From the NCBI GenBank assembly GCA_965223325.1, contig CBDCWI010000002.1, positions 1,440,001-1,504,000 of the forward strand: a stretch of DNA of 64,000 bases, given 5' to 3'. A program made the translations under genes and the position numbers. The notes beneath the pieces were generated by a model that was not told where the DNA came from, searched no databases, and saw nothing but the letters and a program-made list of their open reading frames with translations. This document shows, in pieces, positions 60,008 through 64,000 of this stretch (the first letter of the stretch is position 1; each line of letters begins with the position of its first letter). The DNA comes from Candidatus Multivoradales bacterium (GTDB lineage Bacteria > Acidobacteriota > Thermoanaerobaculia > Multivoradales > Multivoraceae).

Positions 60008-61945
60008 ATGACCGCGGCACTGCGGATGATCTCACCAACCAGACCGACCGTACTCGGTACGCTTCTCGCCGCCATGATCGGAGCGCATCTCGCCGAGGCG
60101 GCGGCCGGCCAGGTAGAGCGACCGTCGGCGACACCCGAGACAAGGGAGCCGACTGTGCACTCGAGCAGCGACCTGGTGCTCGAAGAACTCGTCGAGGTTT
60201 CGCTCATCCAGTTCGACGCGGTCATCACGGACCCCGGCGGCGAAGCAATTCGCGACCTCGATCCGAAAGACTTCGCCCTGCGCGTCGACGGCAAGAAGGT
60301 TGCGGTCGACGGCGTGAGCACCGGTGAAGAGCTTCGCGAAACCGTCGCAGGTCGACAGAGCATCGTTCTCCTGATCGACAACCGTCATCTCGAGAAAAGC
60401 CAGCGCGACGAAGCACTCGGCGACATCGAAGAAGTCCTTCTCGAAGAAATGCGAACCCAACCAACCTGGGTGGCGGTGGTTTCCTACGGCGACAAGCTGA
60501 ACCCGCTGCTGGCGCCAACCCAGGATCGAGGCGCGGTACGCGAGGCCATCGCCCGCATCCGAGCGACAGAACCGCCCCCTAACCTGCTGCAGAGTCAACA
60601 GCGCGCCTCGGTCGAAGACGTCAACAACTTGCTGACACTGCTGAGTCAACGCGGCAGTCGCTACCGCATGGGACTGGCGTCGCTGTCGGGGGTCGAGTTT
60701 CGGCTCCGTGAGTACGGGCGCGCGCTCAGCAACGACACGCTCGAGACTCTGCGTGCGATTGAGGAACTGGTCGAGGGTTTGTCCTATGTGCCCGGGCGCA
60801 AGGCGGTGCTCTACGTCACCGACGGCATTCCGCGCAATCCGCTCGACAGCGTCGCCGAGACAATGTTCGATCACCTCGCCGGAGGAAGCCGTTCGCGGGT
60901 TGCCGACGACACGATCACCCAGACTTCGGGATCGGGCATCAACGATACGAACTCGCGCCCACGAGGCAGCGAGATCGCCGACAACTCGAGCGTCATCGAA
61001 GACATCAATCAGCAGGATGACGGTGGCGCGTTCGAGTTCCAGCGCGCGATCAACGAGTTCTCGCGCGACCGCGACTTCGAAGCGGTGACCGCGCGCGCCA
61101 ATACTTATGGCGTTTCGTTCTATCCTCTTCGCCCGCCGATTGCCGACGCATCGAAGAGCGGCATGTCTGACGCGCGAACCAAGCGCGGAGCGATCTCGTC
61201 ACTTTCGGATCTGTCGATCGGTCTCCAGATCCTGGCCGAGGACACCGGCGGCCTGTTCTACGACGGCGAGGCGGGGGTTCGTGACTTTCTGGTACGCGCC
61301 CGCCTGGACCTCGCCGCCTACTACTCGCTGAGCTTCAAACCTCCGAAGCCCAACAAGCGAACCAGCGGGATTCGCAGCATTCACCTGAAGATTCGCAAGC
61401 GGCGGGCCGACCTGCGCTATCAGCGCAGTTTCGTGCCGCAGAGTCTCGAACAGCGCCTGGCGAGCCGCGCCTGGGGCACCCTCCTGTTCGGCTGGCAGGA
61501 GAACCAACACGGGGCTCTCTTCGAGAGCACCGTCGCCAAGACCCCGGGACCGGACGGGGAGCTGCATGCCGTCGAGTTGACGGTCAGCCTCCCCATCGGC
61601 GAGCTCGAGCTCCTCCCGGCAGGCGACGAGGTGAGCGGCCTCTTGAAACTCGTCCTGCAGACGAGGCGCGCCAACGGCGAGCGCCTGACGCCACACCACA
61701 TGGCGTTTGCGGTAACCATTCCCGCCGACGAGATCGAAGAGGCACGCACGCAGTATTTCGCGGTACGCACCGAGTTGCAGTTGCCGGCCGGCAGCTATGA
61801 CCTGGCGGTGGGCCTGTGGGAGGAGAACACGGGGTCGTCGTCGTTCATCACGCGTAGGGTCGAAGTCGGAGACTCCGATCCCACTTTCGCGCGACGACGG
61901 TTCGGCTCGCCACAACCCAGTCGACTCCAGGTGGTCGCCAAATGA
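60008..61945 (+). CDS. VWA domain protein (Acidobacterial VWFA-related type)
   Basis: Signal region; VEVSLIQFDAVITD...IRDL...DF..VDGK; PGRKAVLYVTDG; LAEDTGG; YYSLSF. Confidence 0.82.
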   Translation: MTAALRMISPTRPTVLGTLLAAMIGAHLAEAAAGQVERPSATPETREPTVHSSSDLVLEELVEVSLIQFDAVITDPGGEAIRDLDPKDFALRVDGKKVAVDGVSTGEELRETVAGRQSIVLLIDNRHLEKSQRDEALGDIEEVLLEEMRTQPTWVAVVSYGDKLNPLLAPTQDRGAVREAIARIRATEPPPNLLQSQQRASVEDVNNLLTLLSQRGSRYRMGLASLSGVEFRLREYGRALSNDTLETLRAIEELVEGLSYVPGRKAVLYVTDGIPRNPLDSVAETMFDHLAGGSRSRVADDTITQTSGSGINDTNSRPRGSEIADNSSVIEDINQQDDGGAFEFQRAINEFSRDRDFEAVTARANTYGVSFYPLRPPIADASKSGMSDARTKRGAISSLSDLSIGLQILAEDTGGLFYDGEAGVRDFLVRARLDLAAYYSLSFKPPKPNKRTSGIRSIHLKIRKRRADLRYQRSFVPQSLEQRLASRAWGTLLFGWQENQHGALFESTVAKTPGPDGELHAVELTVSLPIGELELLPAGDEVSGLLKLVLQTRRANGERLTPHHMAFAVTIPADEIEEARTQYFAVRTELQLPAGSYDLAVGLWEENTGSSSFITRRVEVGDSDPTFARRRFGSPQPSRLQVVAK

Positions 61946-61984
61946 CTCCTCGCGACCTTCTCGTGGGAGGCGTCTGAGCCCGCG

Positions 61985-63595
61985 ATGCGACCGATCGAAT
62001 TCCTCATCCTTCTGGTGCTGCTAGTCGCGGGCATCTCTCTCCTCATCGGCCGACGCCTACGGAGCCGCACCCTGCTGCTCTCGGGCGGTGCCCTGGCGTC
62101 GGTCCTCGTGATGCACCTTCTTCGCGAGGGCGGGCGCTGGCAGATGCTCCCGGCATACCTTCTTCTGGTCTCGATGTTCGTCGTGCAATGGAAACGACAG
62201 GCGCTTCCTGGTGGCCGAGAGCATCCGCTCGTCGAGCATTCGCTGGCGCGCAAGTTGACGGGCTTTGGTTTGCGCTTCTTGGCGCTGCCGCTCGCTCTTG
62301 CTCTGGCGCTTCTTCTTCCTTCGGCAATGGCAGTGCCCCACTTTCCAGCGCCCGGCGGGGACTTTGCCGTCGGCACACTCGACTTCGCGTTACGTTGGAA
62401 CGACCGACCGGAGGTCTTTACCGCCGAGCCCAACGATAGGCGCGAGATTCAGGTGCGCGTCTGGTACCCGGCTGCAGTCGGCACCGGTTCTGAGCCTGCC
62501 CCTTACCTCTCGAAAGAGGAGGCAGAGGGTCTGCGAGAGCTGCTGGGGAGCCTGACGCCGGGGGCCGACTTCTTGACTTCGCAGGCGCGCTTTGCCACCT
62601 CGAATGCCCACCGAGACGCGCCGTTGGTCAGCACCCCGACTCGGTTTCCGGTTCTGGTCTACTCGCACGGCTATTCGAGCTACGTTTCGCAGAACACGCC
62701 GCTCATGGAGGCGCTCGCGAGTGCCGGCTATGTGGTCTTCGCTCTCGGGCATACCTACGACGGTCTGGTGACGCTGCCCGGTGAGCGCGTCCTGGGCGTC
62801 GGACCACACGTAGCGGAGATGAACGAGGCAGGCCGGGCGCGGCAGGAACAGACGCTGGCCGATTTCGAGGTCCTGATATCGGGCACCGACCAGACTGCCC
62901 GTGCCGAGCGGACCCTGGCGATGGTCGAAGAAACGGCACGCGAGTTTGCCGCCGGTCGTGGCATCGGACGAAGCTGGCAGGAATGGATCGAGGATCGTGT
63001 GCGCTTCTTCGACACCCTGGAGGAGCTTCAGTCGGGCGTCCGGCCGTCGCCGTTTGTCGGCCGGCTCGACCTCGGTCGGATTGGTCTCCTCGGAATGTCT
63101 TTTGGTGGTGCAACGGCGGCCGAGGTATGCCATCGCGATGGGCGCTGTGTTGCTTCGATCAACCTCGACGGCGCCCAAATGCCATCCGTCGACTCGCAGC
63201 TCTTCGACACCCTGACGACCAAACCGCTCCTGATGCTCTATTCGTCTGATCCGACAACCGCCGCTACGCCAAGCCGTGACAATCCGAATGACTTTCAGGC
63301 CTTCAACGACTTCTACTACGAGCCCATCAGAACGCGCGGCACCCACGACCGCGTGGTTCGCATTCGGGTCGACGGAACTTCGCACCTTCACCTCTCCGAC
63401 TTCAGCCTGATGGTGCGCTGGATCCCGGGCGTCGCCAGTGAAACCCCGGGACCTCGCGTGACCGAGATCTTGAACCGCTACACCCTTGCCTTCTTCGACC
63501 GTCATCTACGCGGCGAGCCCGCACCGCTGCTCGACGGTCCGAGCGAAGAGTTCCCGGAGGTCACCTTCCAGACGTTCGGCCATCCCGTTCGTTAG
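61985..63595 (+). CDS. Membrane-anchored PAF-acetylhydrolase-like alpha/beta hydrolase
   Basis: N-terminal TM helices with RWQMLPAY; VWYPA, YSHG, LASAGYVV, GMSFGGA, NLDG, HLHLSD. Confidence 0.87.
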   Translation: MRPIEFLILLVLLVAGISLLIGRRLRSRTLLLSGGALASVLVMHLLREGGRWQMLPAYLLLVSMFVVQWKRQALPGGREHPLVEHSLARKLTGFGLRFLALPLALALALLLPSAMAVPHFPAPGGDFAVGTLDFALRWNDRPEVFTAEPNDRREIQVRVWYPAAVGTGSEPAPYLSKEEAEGLRELLGSLTPGADFLTSQARFATSNAHRDAPLVSTPTRFPVLVYSHGYSSYVSQNTPLMEALASAGYVVFALGHTYDGLVTLPGERVLGVGPHVAEMNEAGRARQEQTLADFEVLISGTDQTARAERTLAMVEETAREFAAGRGIGRSWQEWIEDRVRFFDTLEELQSGVRPSPFVGRLDLGRIGLLGMSFGGATAAEVCHRDGRCVASINLDGAQMPSVDSQLFDTLTTKPLLMLYSSDPTTAATPSRDNPNDFQAFNDFYYEPIRTRGTHDRVVRIRVDGTSHLHLSDFSLMVRWIPGVASETPGPRVTEILNRYTLAFFDRHLRGEPAPLLDGPSEEFPEVTFQTFGHPVR

Positions 63596-63607
63596 GTGCC
63601 GGCAGCA

Positions 63608-64000
63608 ATGATCGGTCTGGAGCGCGAGAACTACATCAGCCTGGTGACCTTCCGGAAGGACGGGCGCAAGGTGGCAACGCCCGTGTGGTTCGCCTCGACC
63701 GGCGGAGAGCTCTACGTGTTCACCATGGCCAACAGCGGCAAGGTGAAACGACTGCGCAACTCGAGCCGTTCACAGTTTGCCGCCTGCGACATTCGCGGAA
63801 CGGTCCATGCGGCGTGGTCCGACGCCGAAACGCACATCCTCGAAGATCCGGCGGAAGAGGAGTCCGCGCGGCTCGCGCTGCGCCGGAAGTACCGCGTCCA
63901 GATGGCGGTTGCCGACCTCTTCGGTCGACTGACCGGGCGGTCCCGGCATCGTGCCTATCTCAGAGTCACACCGCTCCGGAAAGAATCAGAAGGCGCGTCG
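63608..64000 (+). CDS. PPOX class probable F420-dependent oxidoreductase (3' end outside the window)
   Basis: Not in the ORF track. YISLVTFRKDG..VATPVWF...SGKVKRLRN...CDIRG...RKY. Confidence 0.87.
   Translation, partial: MIGLERENYISLVTFRKDGRKVATPVWFASTGGELYVFTMANSGKVKRLRNSSRSQFAACDIRGTVHAAWSDAETHILEDPAEEESARLALRRKYRVQMAVADLFGRLTGRSRHRAYLRVTPLRKESEGAS

Overview
High-GC, densely coding bacterial chromosome segment. It is most likely from an Acidobacteriota member (inferred from an Acidobacterial-type VWA protein, an IPTL-CTERM-type sorting tail, DUF6644/DUF3604/DUF885-like genes and outer-membrane barrels). I see no rRNA, intact tRNA, CRISPR array, integrase or transposase. Content, left to right: a secreted SdrD-B protein running off the left edge; recD2, a GAF-GGDEF cyclase and an HDAC-family deacetylase; GH20 hexosaminidase, Amidase_3, a MamK-like actin and an RRM protein; an F420-type LLM enzyme and acyl-CoA ligase; DUF3604 and HpcH aldolase; a DUF6644-like pair followed by an unannotated 29-aa membrane peptide; a heme-c beta-propeller protein and a MauG/bCcP-family diheme protein; an exported cyclohexadienyl dehydratase-chorismate mutase fusion; a second SdrD-B protein; a beta-oxidation cluster with a CYP153-like P450 and ferredoxin; several hydrolases; a membrane-anchored winged-helix regulator with an 11-bp-periodic candidate operator; S9 peptidase; Uup; a Calx-beta autotransporter; VWA, PAF-AH-like and PPOX genes. 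The strongest novelty candidate is the MamK-like actin, which has no magnetosome or mreCD genes around it and sits behind two predicted cell-wall hydrolases. All family calls come from motif recognition by eye; no database searches were run.
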